A stretch of DNA of 64,000 nt from Chloroflexota bacterium (lineage in GTDB: Bacteria; Chloroflexota; UBA11872; VXOZ01). The stretch spans positions 544,001 through 608,000 of the forward strand of contig CAXXVD010000005.1 in assembly GCA_963662335.2 (NCBI GenBank). Direction: 5' to 3'. The translations under genes and the position numbers were made by a program. The notes under the pieces were generated by a model. It was not told the DNA's origin. It saw nothing but the letters and a program-made list of their open reading frames with translations, and made no database searches. Numbering within the stretch: position 1 is the first letter of the stretch; every line of letters starts with the position of its first letter. Shown piece after piece: positions 27,908 through 38,198 of this stretch.

Positions 27908-28993
27908 TCACACTGCCCCCGGTTCAAACGGCTTTCCCAATCTGATCACCCGTTCAGCCCTTGCGTACCAGCCCTGGGGCGCGTAGTCGGACGTGTGCAG
28001 GTAGCACTGCACCCGCGCCGCGTCGCTGCCGGCCGTGAAGGTCAAGCGGCGGCTCATAGGCAGGGTCGTGCGTCCCGCGTGGTGGCGGGCGAGCGCGGCG
28101 CAATTGACAAAGTTTACGCCCCATCTGCGCTCCACGTGCGACCGTCCGCCGTGGCGGTCGTCGGGATGGGTGTGGGTATGGCCGCCGAGCCAAAGGTCGA
28201 TCGCGCCCGGCCGCGCCGCCAAATAGCGCTCGAACGCCTGGGCGTCCGGCTGCTCGTCCAGGAAATAGAGGTATGACGCGCCCGCCGGTCCGCCGTCGGG
28301 AAAGTAGCCGTGGTAGTGCCCCTGCCATGCGCCCTTCTCATCTTTGCGGTAGCCTTCCCACGGCCCGGAAGCGACTGTGGTCTCCTTCAGCATGTGGTGA
28401 TGCGCGGAGACGATGATACAGTCAGGGTTTGCCTCAACCATCTCCCGCCACCAGCCGAAGGTCTCGCCGGTCACCGCTCCCGAAGGGTAGCCGCCGCCCC
28501 GAGGATTGCGGCCCACCGGCGGGGGAAAATCGTTGCGGTCGCTCATCATCAGAAAGAGCAGGTTGCCCACACGGAAGGCGTACCGCTCCCACGTGCCATC
28601 GAGCGGATAGGGACGCCGCGCCGCGTCCACGCCGGAGAATTGCGGGTTCTCACCCGTAGGATCCACCCACTTGCGGTACCACCACTGGGTCGGCTCGGTG
28701 TGGAACGTCGCGTCGTGATTGCCCGCCAGGTTATAGAACTGCTCCCGGCGATGCAGCCGCGCCGCGCCAAATTGGCGCACCACCTCTTCACCCTCTTCAT
28801 CGTCCGGCGAGCCCTGATTGCCGGAGAGGTCGCCGAGATGCAGCATGATGTCCCAGTGGAACGGCGGGCCACCCTCGCTGCCGCCGCACTCCGACTGCCG
28901 AATTGCCTCGGCCAGGCTCTCGCGCCCAAAGCGCAGGTCGGTGCCCACGTGCGCGCAGCCGGTGGCCCAGAGAGAAAACGTCCGCGCTGCCAT
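27908..28993 (-). CDS. Calcineurin-like metallophosphoesterase
   Basis: GCAH, LGDLS, GNHD, HH, GHTH motif series. Confidence 0.75.
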   Translation of the reverse strand: MAARTFSLWATGCAHVGTDLRFGRESLAEAIRQSECGGSEGGPPFHWDIMLHLGDLSGNQGSPDDEEGEEVVRQFGAARLHRREQFYNLAGNHDATFHTEPTQWWYRKWVDPTGENPQFSGVDAARRPYPLDGTWERYAFRVGNLLFLMMSDRNDFPPPVGRNPRGGGYPSGAVTGETFGWWREMVEANPDCIIVSAHHHMLKETTVASGPWEGYRKDEKGAWQGHYHGYFPDGGPAGASYLYFLDEQPDAQAFERYLAARPGAIDLWLGGHTHTHPDDRHGGRSHVERRWGVNFVNCAALARHHAGRTTLPMSRRLTFTAGSDAARVQCYLHTSDYAPQGWYARAERVIRLGKPFEPGAV

Positions 28994-29094
28994 GAGTCTG
29001 CCTCGCTTGCCCTATCACGATAAAAGAGCGATTCCCTTACCGTCACTAAAGCGATTCCCCTACCGTCATCAATCTGAAAGTAGCGACACAGGGC

Positions 29095-29290
29095 CGATCG
29101 CCCTGAGCAGCGTCGAAGGGTGAACGGCGGAGGAAGTGGATAGCAACTCCCCAACCCGCTCTCTCCGTTCATGCTTCGACAGGGGCTTCGCGCAGCCCTC
29201 AGCACCAACGGAGAGAAGTGAGTGCACGTTCACTCCCTTGCGTGGCCGACAGGCGGCCATGGTCATTCCCGCTTTCGCGGGAACGACGGA
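29095..29290. repeat. Degenerate REP cluster (families E and C)
   Basis: CCCTGAGCAGCGTCGAAGGGTGAACGG, CCGTTCATGCTTCGACAG, ATTCCCGCTTTCGCGGGAACGACGG. Confidence 0.6.
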
Positions 29291-29443
29291 GTCCATTTCA
29301 GTGTTTCCATGGTAGAGGCAACACCGTGACCGCGCAAAGACATCACTTGCGGGAATCGCTATCATAGGTACCAGCAAGCGCGCCGCGCACAGAGCGGCGC
29401 GGCAGCGGCATAGTTTTCCACGCCTTGACGGAACGTGCACCGC

Positions 29444-31114
29444 ATGAGTTCAGAGTCAACATCCTCAGTCAAGCACTCCGCGCGCAGCCGCGGCACGGCG
29501 CAAGGCGGCTGGTTGGGCGGCAAGTTCCTCTCGATCGACCAGGCGGTCTGGCTCATCCAGGACGGCGCCGCCATTGGCGTGGGCGGTTTCGTCGGCATCG
29601 GGCATCCGGAGGCGCTCTCCGCGGCGGTGGAGCGGCGCTTCCTGCGAACCGGCGAGCCGCGCAATCTCACGCTCATGTACGGCGCCGGCCAGGGCGACCG
29701 CCAGACGCGCGGCCTCAATCACTTCGGCCACGAAGGGCTTGTCAAGCGCATTGTCGGCGGCCACTGGGGCCTGGCGCCAAGTCTCTGCCAGCTTGTCCTG
29801 GACGGCAAGATCGAAGGCTACAACATTCCCCAGGGCGTTGTCCTGCACCTCTTCCGCGACATCGCCGCCGGCAAGCCGGGCACTATCACCCACGTCGGTC
29901 TCCATACCTTTGTAGACCCCCGCCTGGAAGGAGGGCGCGTCAATCCGGCCTCCACGCCGGAACAGCTTGTCCAGCTTGTCGAATTGAATGGCAGCGAGTA
30001 CCTCTTCTATCCCCGCATCCAGCTCGACGCCGGCTTCATTCGCGGCACTACCGCCGATCCCGGCGGCAACATCAGCATGGAGCGGGAAGCGGTCTACGGC
30101 GAGATGCTCAGCGTGGCGCAGGCCGTGCACAACTGCGGCGGCATGGTCATCGCGCAGGTGGAGCGGAAAATAGACACGCCGCTGCCCACGCGGGAAATAA
30201 AGATTCCCGGCATACTCGTGGACGTTGTGGCGGTGGCCGACCCTTCCGAACATTGGCAGACGTTTAGCGAGGAATTCAATCCCGCGTACGTATCCACCGA
30301 GTCGCAGACGACCGGCACGAGCGGCGAGGCGCCGGCCGTCCCGCCGCATCCGCTCGACGCGCGCAAGGTCATCGCCCGCCGCGCCGCGCTGGAACTGCGC
30401 AAAGGCGACGTGGTCAATCTCGGCATCGGCCTGCCAGAGAGCGTGGCGGCGGTGGCGGCGGAAGAGGGCATCATCGACGACCTGGTGATGACCGTGGAAA
30501 GCGGCGCGATCGGCGGTGTTCCCGCGGCCGGCCTCTCGTTTGGCGCTTCGTCTATGCCCACGGCGCTCATCGACTCGCCCTATATGTTCGATTTCTACGA
30601 CGGCGGCGGCCTGGATATCGCCTGCCTGGGCGCGGCCCAGATCGACGCGGCCGGCAACGTCAACGTCAGCCGCTTCGGCAACGTCGTGCCGGGGGCCGGC
30701 GGCTTCGTGAACATCAGCCACAACGCGAAACGCATCGTCTTCTGCGGCACCTTCACGGCGGGAGGTCTGGATATTGTGATCCAGGACGGCGCATTGCGCA
30801 TCGCTCACGAGGGCAAGCACCCAAAGCTGGTGCAAGCCGTCGAGCAAGTCACCTTCAACGGCGCGTACGCCCGCTCGCTGGGGCGCGAGATTCTTTACGT
30901 GACCGAGCGGGCGGTCTTTACCTTGACCGATCACGGGCTGACGCTCACGGAAATCGCGCCCGGCGTGGACGTGGAACGAGACGTGCTGGCCCACATGGCG
31001 TTCACGCCGCATGTCGCGCCTGACCTGCGCCCCATGGACGCGCGCTTGTTCCGCGGCGCGCCGGTGGGCATGGCGCAGCAATTTGCCCCGCGCGGCAGCC
31101 GGCAAGGTGATTAG
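29444..31114 (+). CDS. Acyl-CoA:acetate/3-ketoacid CoA transferase (YdiF/Pct-like, fused subunits)
   Basis: [55 protein letters not shown]; start uncertain. Confidence 0.9.
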   Translation: MSSESTSSVKHSARSRGTAQGGWLGGKFLSIDQAVWLIQDGAAIGVGGFVGIGHPEALSAAVERRFLRTGEPRNLTLMYGAGQGDRQTRGLNHFGHEGLVKRIVGGHWGLAPSLCQLVLDGKIEGYNIPQGVVLHLFRDIAAGKPGTITHVGLHTFVDPRLEGGRVNPASTPEQLVQLVELNGSEYLFYPRIQLDAGFIRGTTADPGGNISMEREAVYGEMLSVAQAVHNCGGMVIAQVERKIDTPLPTREIKIPGILVDVVAVADPSEHWQTFSEEFNPAYVSTESQTTGTSGEAPAVPPHPLDARKVIARRAALELRKGDVVNLGIGLPESVAAVAAEEGIIDDLVMTVESGAIGGVPAAGLSFGASSMPTALIDSPYMFDFYDGGGLDIACLGAAQIDAAGNVNVSRFGNVVPGAGGFVNISHNAKRIVFCGTFTAGGLDIVIQDGALRIAHEGKHPKLVQAVEQVTFNGAYARSLGREILYVTERAVFTLTDHGLTLTEIAPGVDVERDVLAHMAFTPHVAPDLRPMDARLFRGAPVGMAQQFAPRGSRQGD

Positions 31115-31211
31115 AGAGCGCTGCGCGCCCGCTGCGAATCCTCGGAACCGGAATTGACGTGTCTGCAACATGCCGTAGCGCGCAAACTGAAAAGATGGGA
31201 GAATTCTCTTA

Positions 31212-32426
31212 ATGGACGAGCGAAGTCCGGTGATCCTTGGAGCCGCCCGCACGCCCATCGGCAAGTTTGGCGGCGCATTGAGCGCGCTCTCCGCGCCCGC
31301 GCTTGGCGTGGTGGCGGCGCAGGCGGCGTTGGCCCGCGCCGGCGTCGCGCCCGCTGACGTGGAAGTCTCGATTCTCGGCCAGGTGCTGCAAGGCGGCAGC
31401 GGCATGAATCCCGCGCGTCAGGTCAGCCTGCGCGCCGGCGTGCCCGACGCCGCGCCCGCCATGACCGTAAACCAGGTCTGCGCGTCCGGCTTGCAGTCCG
31501 TAGCGCTGGCCGGACAATACATCCGCCTGGGGGAAATCGACGTGGCCTTGGCGGGCGGCATGGAGAGCATGAGCAACGCACCCTACGTGCTGCCCGGCGC
31601 GCGCTGGGGCGGCAAACTTGGCCATGGCAAGGTGGTGGATACGCTCATTGGCGACGGCCTCTGGGACGCCTTCGAAGACTGCCACATGGCCAACACCGCC
31701 GATACCCTGGCGCGGGAGTACGGCATCTCCCGCGAAGCGCAGGACGAGTTCGCGTTACAGAGCCAGCAGCGTTACGCGGCGGCGGCACAGGCGTGCCGCG
31801 TGGCCGCCGAAATCGCGCCGGTAGCCGTGCCGCAGCGCCGGGGCCCGCCGCGCGAGGTGAGCGACGATGAATACCCGCGGCCGGATTCTACCGGTGAGGC
31901 CTTGGCGTCGTTGCGTCCCGCTTTCACCGGTGTCGATACCATCACCGCGGGCAACGCCTCCGGCATCAACGACGGCGCTGCCGCGCTCATCGTTGCGTCT
32001 GCGGAGTGGGCGGAAGCCCATCAACGCCAGCCCCTCGCGACGCTCACGGCGGTTGCGACCACCGGCGTCGCGCCCGTGCGCATGGGCATCGGGCCGGCCA
32101 AGGCGATCCGCATCCTCCTGGACAAGACCGGGCTCACGTTGGACGACATCGACCTCTTGGAGATCAACGAAGCCTTCGCCGCGCAAGTGTTGGCGGTTGA
32201 GGCCGAACTCAAGTGGGATCCCGCCCGCGTGAACGTGAACGGCGGCGCGATTGCCGTGGGCCATCCTATCGGCGCGAGCGGCGCGCGCATCTTGTGCACG
32301 CTCATCCATGAAATGCAGCGCCGGAACGTCCACCGGGGCATTGCCGCCCTCTGCGCCGGCGGCGGCATGGGCATCGCCGCGCTGGTGGAGCGCAACTGCG
32401 ACTCCGCTTCTTACGGCAGTCAATGA
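31212..32426 (+). CDS. Acetyl-CoA C-acetyltransferase (thiolase)
   Basis: NQVCASG, GGMESMS, NEAFAAQ, GHPIGASG, LCAGGGMG. Confidence 0.95.
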   Translation: MDERSPVILGAARTPIGKFGGALSALSAPALGVVAAQAALARAGVAPADVEVSILGQVLQGGSGMNPARQVSLRAGVPDAAPAMTVNQVCASGLQSVALAGQYIRLGEIDVALAGGMESMSNAPYVLPGARWGGKLGHGKVVDTLIGDGLWDAFEDCHMANTADTLAREYGISREAQDEFALQSQQRYAAAAQACRVAAEIAPVAVPQRRGPPREVSDDEYPRPDSTGEALASLRPAFTGVDTITAGNASGINDGAAALIVASAEWAEAHQRQPLATLTAVATTGVAPVRMGIGPAKAIRILLDKTGLTLDDIDLLEINEAFAAQVLAVEAELKWDPARVNVNGGAIAVGHPIGASGARILCTLIHEMQRRNVHRGIAALCAGGGMGIAALVERNCDSASYGSQ

Positions 32427-32439
32427 GGAAGGCGCAGGC

Positions 32440-33198
32440 ATGAAACTGGAAGGCAAGCACGCCCTCGTCACCGGCGCGTCCCAGGGCATCGGCCGCGCCA
32501 CCGCCCTTGCGCTCGCCCGCGAAGGCGTGGACGTCGTTATCAACCACTACCCTGACGCAGAAGGCATACATCGGCACAACGCGGCGGCGGTGGCTGCGGA
32601 GATCACGGCCTCGGGTCGCCGCGCGCTGATTGCCGGCGCCGACGTCGCTCAAGAAGAAGCATCCGCCGCTATGTTTGACCAGGCCGTAGCGGAACTTGGC
32701 CACATTGACATTCTCGTCAATAATGCCGGCATCCTGCGCGACGCCACGCTGCGCAACCTGACCCGCCAGCAGTGGGACGAGGTGCTGGACGTCAACCTGG
32801 GCAGCATGTTCAACTGCTCCAAACCCGCGGCCAGCCACATGCGCGAACGTGAGACCGGCAGCATCGTCAACATTGCTTCGGTCATCGGCCTTACGGGGAA
32901 TTTCGGCCAGACGAACTACGCGGCGGCCAAAGCCGGCGCCATCGGCTTCACCAAGTCGTTGGCCCGGGAACTGGCGCGCTACGGCGTGCGCGTGAATGCC
33001 GTGGCCCCCGGCTTCATGGATACCGACATGACCCGCGCCATCGACCCTGAAATCAAGGAGAGTATACGCAAGCAGATTCCGCTTGGGCACTTCGGCACGG
33101 CAGAAGACATTGCAGACGCAATCCTCTTTCTTGTCTCTGACGAGGCGCGTTACATCACTGGCGAAGTCCTCAGCGTCAACGGCGGCTGGTATATGTAA
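32440..33198 (+). CDS. SDR: 3-oxoacyl-ACP / acetoacetyl-CoA reductase (FabG/PhaB-like)
   Basis: TGASQGIG, NNAGI, GNFGQTNYAAAKAG. Confidence 0.92.
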   Translation: MKLEGKHALVTGASQGIGRATALALAREGVDVVINHYPDAEGIHRHNAAAVAAEITASGRRALIAGADVAQEEASAAMFDQAVAELGHIDILVNNAGILRDATLRNLTRQQWDEVLDVNLGSMFNCSKPAASHMRERETGSIVNIASVIGLTGNFGQTNYAAAKAGAIGFTKSLARELARYGVRVNAVAPGFMDTDMTRAIDPEIKESIRKQIPLGHFGTAEDIADAILFLVSDEARYITGEVLSVNGGWYM

Positions 33199-33217
33199 TT
33201 TCAAATTCTGCTCCCAC

Positions 33218-33590
33218 GTAGCGCGGGGGCTTGTCCCCCGCCTCTTGGCAGCCTGCCGGCGCAATCTACAAGATGGATTCCCGCGTGCGCGGGAATGACG
33301 AACCGGAATCGATCCGCCCCCTCGTAGCTTGTAGCGCGGGGCTGGTCGCAGGTTACAAACCTGCGCTACCGGGAGATGAGAGTTTCCTCGTAGCGCGGGG
33401 GCTTGTCCCCCGCCGCTCGGCACAACATAACGCGGGGGCTTGCCCCCAATGCTGTCGCATTAGTCTGAAAGGCAGCAAAACTCGCGTCCGAAGTCTCCGG
33501 TAGCGCAGGTTTGCAACCTGCGAAGTTGTTAGATCAACCCTTTGCGTGCCAGTTGCAATGGTTCCGGCGGGGGACAAGCCCCCGCGCTAC
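33218..33590. repeat. Composite REP cluster (GTAG families A and B, family C) with a MITE starting at 33447
   Basis: GTAGCGCGGGGGCTTGTCCCCCGC at 33218, 33390 and 33567 (reverse); GGTAGCGCAGGTTTGCAACCTGCG at 33499 and about 33347 (reverse). Confidence 0.85.
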
Positions 33591-33642
33591 TTTAATGCTA
33601 CCGTCGCAGACACTGGGCCGCATGGATGAAAGGAATCGCCCA

Positions 33643-34305
33643 ATGCTCATCGACACATCCCAATTCAAGCCGAACCACCTCGCCGGAGACGCCGTCCTGC
33701 CACCCGACAAAACCGCCCTCATCATCGTGGACATGATGCGCCGCTTCTGCGATCCCGCCTGGCTGGCCGGCGGCAACCCGGAGAGCGAGCGCTGGTTCAG
33801 GGCGGAACTCCAGACCGTGATTCCCAACCTGCGCGCCATCCTCGACGCCTTTCGCGCCACCGGCGGCCTGGTGGTGCACGTGGTCAACGCCAAGTGGACG
33901 GCTGAGGCGCGCGAGGCCGTGCCCTACCAGCGCGGCCGCGACTACGACTACTTCGATTCCCGCGCCATGTCCGTCATCGACGAACTCGCGCCCCAACGGG
34001 ACGAAATCATCATTCGCAAGCTGACCAGTTCCGCCTTTACCGGCACGGGCCTGGACTACATGCTGAACAATGCCGGCATTCGGAACGTCGTGCTCACCGG
34101 ACAATACGGCGGCGCGTGCGTCTTCTACAGCCTCATCCAGAGCCGCGAATACGGCTTCACCAACTATTGGCCGTGCGACGCCATCCTACACGCCTCCGCC
34201 GTAGACCAGGCCATGATCACGCCGCTGGTGGGCACGCGCTGGGCGACGTTGGCGACTGCCAAGCACGTCGCGCAGGCGCTCGCCGGGCAACGCGCCATGG
34301 CTTAA
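33643..34305 (+). CDS. Isochorismatase / cysteine hydrolase family protein
   Basis: TALIIVDM, RKLTSSAF.GT.L, GACV catalytic triad pattern. Confidence 0.85.
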   Translation: MLIDTSQFKPNHLAGDAVLPPDKTALIIVDMMRRFCDPAWLAGGNPESERWFRAELQTVIPNLRAILDAFRATGGLVVHVVNAKWTAEAREAVPYQRGRDYDYFDSRAMSVIDELAPQRDEIIIRKLTSSAFTGTGLDYMLNNAGIRNVVLTGQYGGACVFYSLIQSREYGFTNYWPCDAILHASAVDQAMITPLVGTRWATLATAKHVAQALAGQRAMA

Positions 34306-34401
34306 CCGCACCCTTGCAGTCTCCAGATTTGATCGGTCTTGGCGTAGACCGCGCCAACGAGCAGAACTGCGCAAACGCATGGGCAACTCGGTTCCTCGTC
34401 C

Positions 34402-34477
34402 TGTCATTCTGAGGAGCGCAGCGACGAAGAATCTCGATTGTACGGGCACTAGATTCCTCGCTACGCTCGGAATGACA
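34402..34477. repeat. REP-like inverted pair, family D (TGTCATTCYGAG...GAATCT)
   Basis: Relatives near 38038, 38118, 40490, 56260, 62817. Confidence 0.78.
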
Positions 34478-34537
34478 GGGATTCAAATCCGGCTATGAGA
34501 CTGCGCCCGCATCGACGACTGTCCCAATGTTCCTGCC

Positions 34538-34566
34538 TTGACACTCCGCACACGCGCTGCTAGTCT
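34538..34566 (+). promoter_or_regulatory. Sigma70 promoter of the solute-binding protein gene
   Basis: TTGACA-N17-TAGTCT with extended -10 TG. Confidence 0.6.
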
Positions 34567-34610
34567 GCACCCATCCGGTTGGTTGCAGCATCCACAAAGG
34601 AGCTTTCCCA

Positions 34611-35999
34611 ATGACACGACGCAAGATGCTACTCGGCCTCGGTTCCGGCGCCGGATTCGCGCTGCTGGCGGCGTGCGGCCAGACAGCCGCGCCGATGGCG
34701 GAAGAAGCGCCCGCGGCCGAAGCGAAAGAGGAACCCAAGGCAGAGGAAAAACCCGCCGCGCCGGAGACCTATGAGATTCGCATCTTCACCACGTCCCGCT
34801 GGGACCTCAGCCAGGGCATTGGCTTGGAGGTAGTGCAGGAACTCGAGGAGGCCAATCCCGGCATCACCGTCAACGCCACCGTTGAATCCGGCAACCGCAT
34901 GGACAAGATGGTCACCTCCGTGGCCGCCGGTTTTGGGCTCGACATCGGTCAAGCCGGCTCCTGGCAGTCACAGACCCTCGCCGTCCTCCAGGTGCCGGTA
35001 GGCCTCGACTCCTACATGGCCACCTCGGACGTCATCAAGAAAGAAGAGATCTGGGAATCGCTGCGCGGCGACCTGGAGTGGAAGAGCGTGGTGCAGGGCA
35101 TGCCGTTCGGCCCGGACATCCGCTTCCTCTACGTCGGCAGCAAAGCCTATCTCGACGCGGGCCTGGACCCGGAGAGTCCCCCGGCGTCGTGGACGGATCT
35201 TGAGGATGCAATCGCCAAGATCTATACCGTTAGCGGCGACAAGATTGAAAAGCTGGGCTTCGACCCGTTGCGCGGCACCGGCGGCAACCACCTCTGGATG
35301 GTGCCCATGTGGCAGTTGGGCGGCGACACCACCTCGCCCGAGGGCCTGGTAACCCTCGATACGCCGGAAGCGGAAGAAGCCCTTAACTGGCAGAAGCGCA
35401 ACATCTACGACGCCCAGGGCGGTTACAACCAGGTAATGGAGTTCTGGGGCGAGGCGGCGCGGTACCCCGCGTACTTCCAACCCTTCTTCCAAGGCGTGGT
35501 CGGCCAGATGCACCTGACCAATTCCGAGCGCGCGGGGCAAATCCTGCCGAATCAACCGGACTTCGAGTTCACGTACGGCCCCTATCCCGTGCCTGAAGGC
35601 GGACGCCAGTCCGGCTACGGCGGCTGCCATACCTGGTTCCTGACCGTAGACTCGGCCCAGCCCGACAAGGCCTGGAAATTCCTGGAGCACTTTGGCAGCC
35701 GGGACGTGAACATCCGCTGGGCGTTGCACTTCGACCGTCTGCCCATTCGCTCCGACGTGGCCGATTCCGAGGAGTACCACCAGGGTGACGACTTCGTGCG
35801 CTTCTCCGCCAACATGATGCAGCACCGCAAGTTCGTCATCCCCTTGCCGGGCGCGCCGCAGGTGCTCAGCTTCGTCAACGGCTTCATTCCGGACGTGATG
35901 GCCGGCAACCGCACGATCCCCGAAGCGCTCAAGGAAGCCAACGATCAGATCCAGACCATCCTCGACGACTTCCTGGCGGAGCACGGCGAATCGCGGTAG
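34611..35999 (+). CDS. Extracellular solute-binding lipoprotein (sugar ABC SBP family 1), with no permease nearby
   Basis: TRRKMLL...LAAC Tat/lipobox signal, Ala/Glu/Pro linker, PPASWTDL, AWKFLE. Confidence 0.88.
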   Translation: MTRRKMLLGLGSGAGFALLAACGQTAAPMAEEAPAAEAKEEPKAEEKPAAPETYEIRIFTTSRWDLSQGIGLEVVQELEEANPGITVNATVESGNRMDKMVTSVAAGFGLDIGQAGSWQSQTLAVLQVPVGLDSYMATSDVIKKEEIWESLRGDLEWKSVVQGMPFGPDIRFLYVGSKAYLDAGLDPESPPASWTDLEDAIAKIYTVSGDKIEKLGFDPLRGTGGNHLWMVPMWQLGGDTTSPEGLVTLDTPEAEEALNWQKRNIYDAQGGYNQVMEFWGEAARYPAYFQPFFQGVVGQMHLTNSERAGQILPNQPDFEFTYGPYPVPEGGRQSGYGGCHTWFLTVDSAQPDKAWKFLEHFGSRDVNIRWALHFDRLPIRSDVADSEEYHQGDDFVRFSANMMQHRKFVIPLPGAPQVLSFVNGFIPDVMAGNRTIPEALKEANDQIQTILDDFLAEHGESR

Positions 36000-36029
36000 C
36001 GCATCTCATTTCGCCAAGCGGTTAGAATG

Positions 36030-36059
36030 GAAGGAGGAGGTCACGCGGCCTCCTCCTTC
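36030..36059. terminator. Intergenic hairpin (terminator-like)
   Basis: GAAGGAGGAGG-tcacgcgg-CCTCCTCCTTC; no long U tract. Confidence 0.45.
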
Positions 36060-36082
36060 TGCATAGTTGAGAAAGGTGTCCC

Positions 36083-37228
36083 GTGCCAGGCGATGACCCC
36101 AAACTCACCGGAGCCGACGTCGACCCGCTGCGGGAGAAACTCTTCGCGGCGTATGACAACTGGCTGATGCGCCAGTGCCGCGAGCGCTACGACGCGCGCG
36201 GCGAACGCTGGCAGCGGGACTTCTCCGGCCTGGAGGCGTACTCCCGTTCGGTTGCGCCCAACCGCGCGCGCCTGCTGGCCATGATCGGCGGTTGGCCGTG
36301 GCAGCGCGGGGCGCTGGAGCCTGAAATTGAGGTAATTGCCGCCACGGACTCATATACGGCCGCGCGCGTCTTCTACACGTCGTTCGACGACGTGCGCGTA
36401 GACGCCATTCTCATCCGTCCTCATGGCGCGGGGCCGTTTCCGGCGGTGCTCGCCCAGCACGGCGTCAACCACACGCCGGAGCAAATCTGCGGTTTCTGCG
36501 AGCCGGAGCATAGCGCCGCCTACCACGAAATCGGCGTGCGCCTGGCCCGGCACGGCTACGTGGTCATCGCGCCGCGCATGATTGGCGGCTACGGTGAAGA
36601 CCGTTTCAACGTGCCCAACATTCCCACTCTGCGCCAGCACGAGCAAGGCCGCGCGCAGAATCAAATCCACCGCAAGGCGATCCTCATCGGCCAGAGCATC
36701 CAGGCGCTGGAGTACTTTTCCCTCTCCCGCGCCGTTGACTACCTGGAAACGCTGCCGGAGGTGGACAGCGACCGCATCGGCCTCTACGGCCTTTCGCGCG
36801 GCGGGCGGGCCGCCCTCTGGCTGGGGGCGCTGGAGCAGCGCTTGCAGGCGGTCGTCTCTTCCGCCTGGTTCAACGAGCGCTTCAGCAAGATGCTGCAACC
36901 GGACGTGATAAAGAGCGGCTCGTTCATCGAGACCTCTTCCGAGTTTCAATTCATCCCGGGTCTCTTCCACGAATTCGGCGACGCCGACATCGCCTCCCTC
37001 ATCTGCCCCCGCGCCTTCTTCGTGGAGGACGGCAAGCACGACGGCGCGGTGTGGTGGCCCCACGCGATACAAGAGTTCAAGCTGGTTGAAGAGATATATG
37101 AAGGACTTGGCATACCGGAGAAATGCGGCATCCGCATCCACGAGTTTGGGCACGAAACGGAACCCGAGGACGAGATCACAGCTATCCAGGCCGTGGCGTT
37201 TCTCGATCGCTGGCTGAAAGCGACGTAG
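36083..37228 (+). CDS. Alpha/beta hydrolase (dienelactone hydrolase / acetyl xylan esterase-like)
   Basis: PFPAVLAQHG, RIGLYGLSRGG nucleophile elbow, SLICPR, GHE. Confidence 0.85.
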   Translation: MPGDDPKLTGADVDPLREKLFAAYDNWLMRQCRERYDARGERWQRDFSGLEAYSRSVAPNRARLLAMIGGWPWQRGALEPEIEVIAATDSYTAARVFYTSFDDVRVDAILIRPHGAGPFPAVLAQHGVNHTPEQICGFCEPEHSAAYHEIGVRLARHGYVVIAPRMIGGYGEDRFNVPNIPTLRQHEQGRAQNQIHRKAILIGQSIQALEYFSLSRAVDYLETLPEVDSDRIGLYGLSRGGRAALWLGALEQRLQAVVSSAWFNERFSKMLQPDVIKSGSFIETSSEFQFIPGLFHEFGDADIASLICPRAFFVEDGKHDGAVWWPHAIQEFKLVEEIYEGLGIPEKCGIRIHEFGHETEPEDEITAIQAVAFLDRWLKAT

Positions 37229-37270
37229 AACGCGGGCGCCTACGCAAGATGAACCGCGAACGGAACCGCC

Positions 37271-37765
37271 ATGCCACGCCTGCGCAACCTCTTCACCGAT
37301 CCCCGCGCTACCGTCAGGGGGCCGCGGCAGAATTCCCTGCGCGGCGACTCCCGCAGCGCAGGTCTGCCCCCCAGAGAGTCTGGTAGCGCAGGTTTGCAAC
37401 CTGCGTCCGGCAGTGCAGGTTTGCAACCCAGCAAGACCGGTAGCGCAGGTTTGCAACCCAACAAGACCGGTAGCGCAGGTTTGCAACCTGCGTCCGATGG
37501 AGAATTGGACGTGCACGTCGCCGGTCTGGCGTGCACCGGAATCTGCGCGCGCCGCACGCAGCAAGGCCTCGCTGCGCTTCCCGGTGTCCGCGCTGTCAGC
37601 TTCAACCCGGCGAACGACACCTTTACGGTGCGCTACCGGGGTGACACGCCTGACGAACGGTCTGTGGCAGCGGCGGTGCGCCGCAAAGTGGTCTGCAAAC
37701 CCGCGCGCAAGCTGCTGGACTGGCTCGGCCGCGCGCTCCGGCTGGCGGACTCGGCGCCGGAATAG
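37271..37765 (+). CDS. Heavy-metal-associated (HMA) domain protein; true start may be 37505 or 37511
   Basis: VAGLACTGICARR...LAALPGV HMA motif; the N-terminal extension is translated REP repeats. Confidence 0.6.
   Translation: MPRLRNLFTDPRATVRGPRQNSLRGDSRSAGLPPRESGSAGLQPASGSAGLQPSKTGSAGLQPNKTGSAGLQPASDGELDVHVAGLACTGICARRTQQGLAALPGVRAVSFNPANDTFTVRYRGDTPDERSVAAAVRRKVVCKPARKLLDWLGRALRLADSAPE
37352..37495 (+). repeat. Tandem array of family B REPs (periods 30, 27, 30, 30 bp)
   Basis: GGTAGCGCAGGTTTGCAACC-like units at 37382, 37409, 37439, 37469 and a degenerate one at 37352. Confidence 0.85.
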
Positions 37766-37882
37766 CGCAGCGACACGGACACGCCCGATGGCGCCTCTTC
37801 CATCTCTAACTTTTAGGAAACCGGATTTCCGATTCCGTTCGCGCTGAGCCTGTCGAAGCGCATCCTCTTGCCTACTCCCGTT

Positions 37883-38198
37883 GGAGACCTTTGCGTAAAT
37901 CCGTCATTCCGGCGAAAGCCGGAATCTAGGGGATTCTTTACTGCTATAGTTGCCATGATGTCAACAACTCTAACCCCCATCCCGGCCTACCCCTCTCAAG
38001 GGCTGACAAGGGTAGGCATTCTACAGTCGACTTCACCTGTCATTCCAAACGGAGCGCAGCGGAGTGTCGAACCCTGTTCGCGGAATCTAAAGCACAGCCC
38101 CGCAAAATCAGCAGCTTTAGATTCCTCGCTGCGCTCGGAATGACATTTACCTACCTCTGTCAGCCCCTCAAGGGAAAGGGGTTTACGCAAAGTTCTCC
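37883..38198. mobile_element. MITE with IS5-family-like TIRs
   Basis: GAGACCTTTGCGTAAATCC ... GGGTTTACGCAAAGTTCTC (17/19 match); (C)GTT on both flanks; similar end at 60087. Confidence 0.65.
38000..38166. mobile_element. 167-bp MITE nested in a REP hairpin
   Basis: TIR GGGCTGACAAGGGTAGG / CCTACCTCTGTCAGCCC (15/17); CTCAA direct repeat at 37995-37999 and 38167-38171. Confidence 0.75.

Noticed and set aside
33231-33577. Short ORFs containing VARGLVPR, AGDKPPRY, QVANLRY or HSERSEES (also near 40492, 56197, 59808, 61477)
   Set aside because: They are translations of REP palindromes, not proteins.
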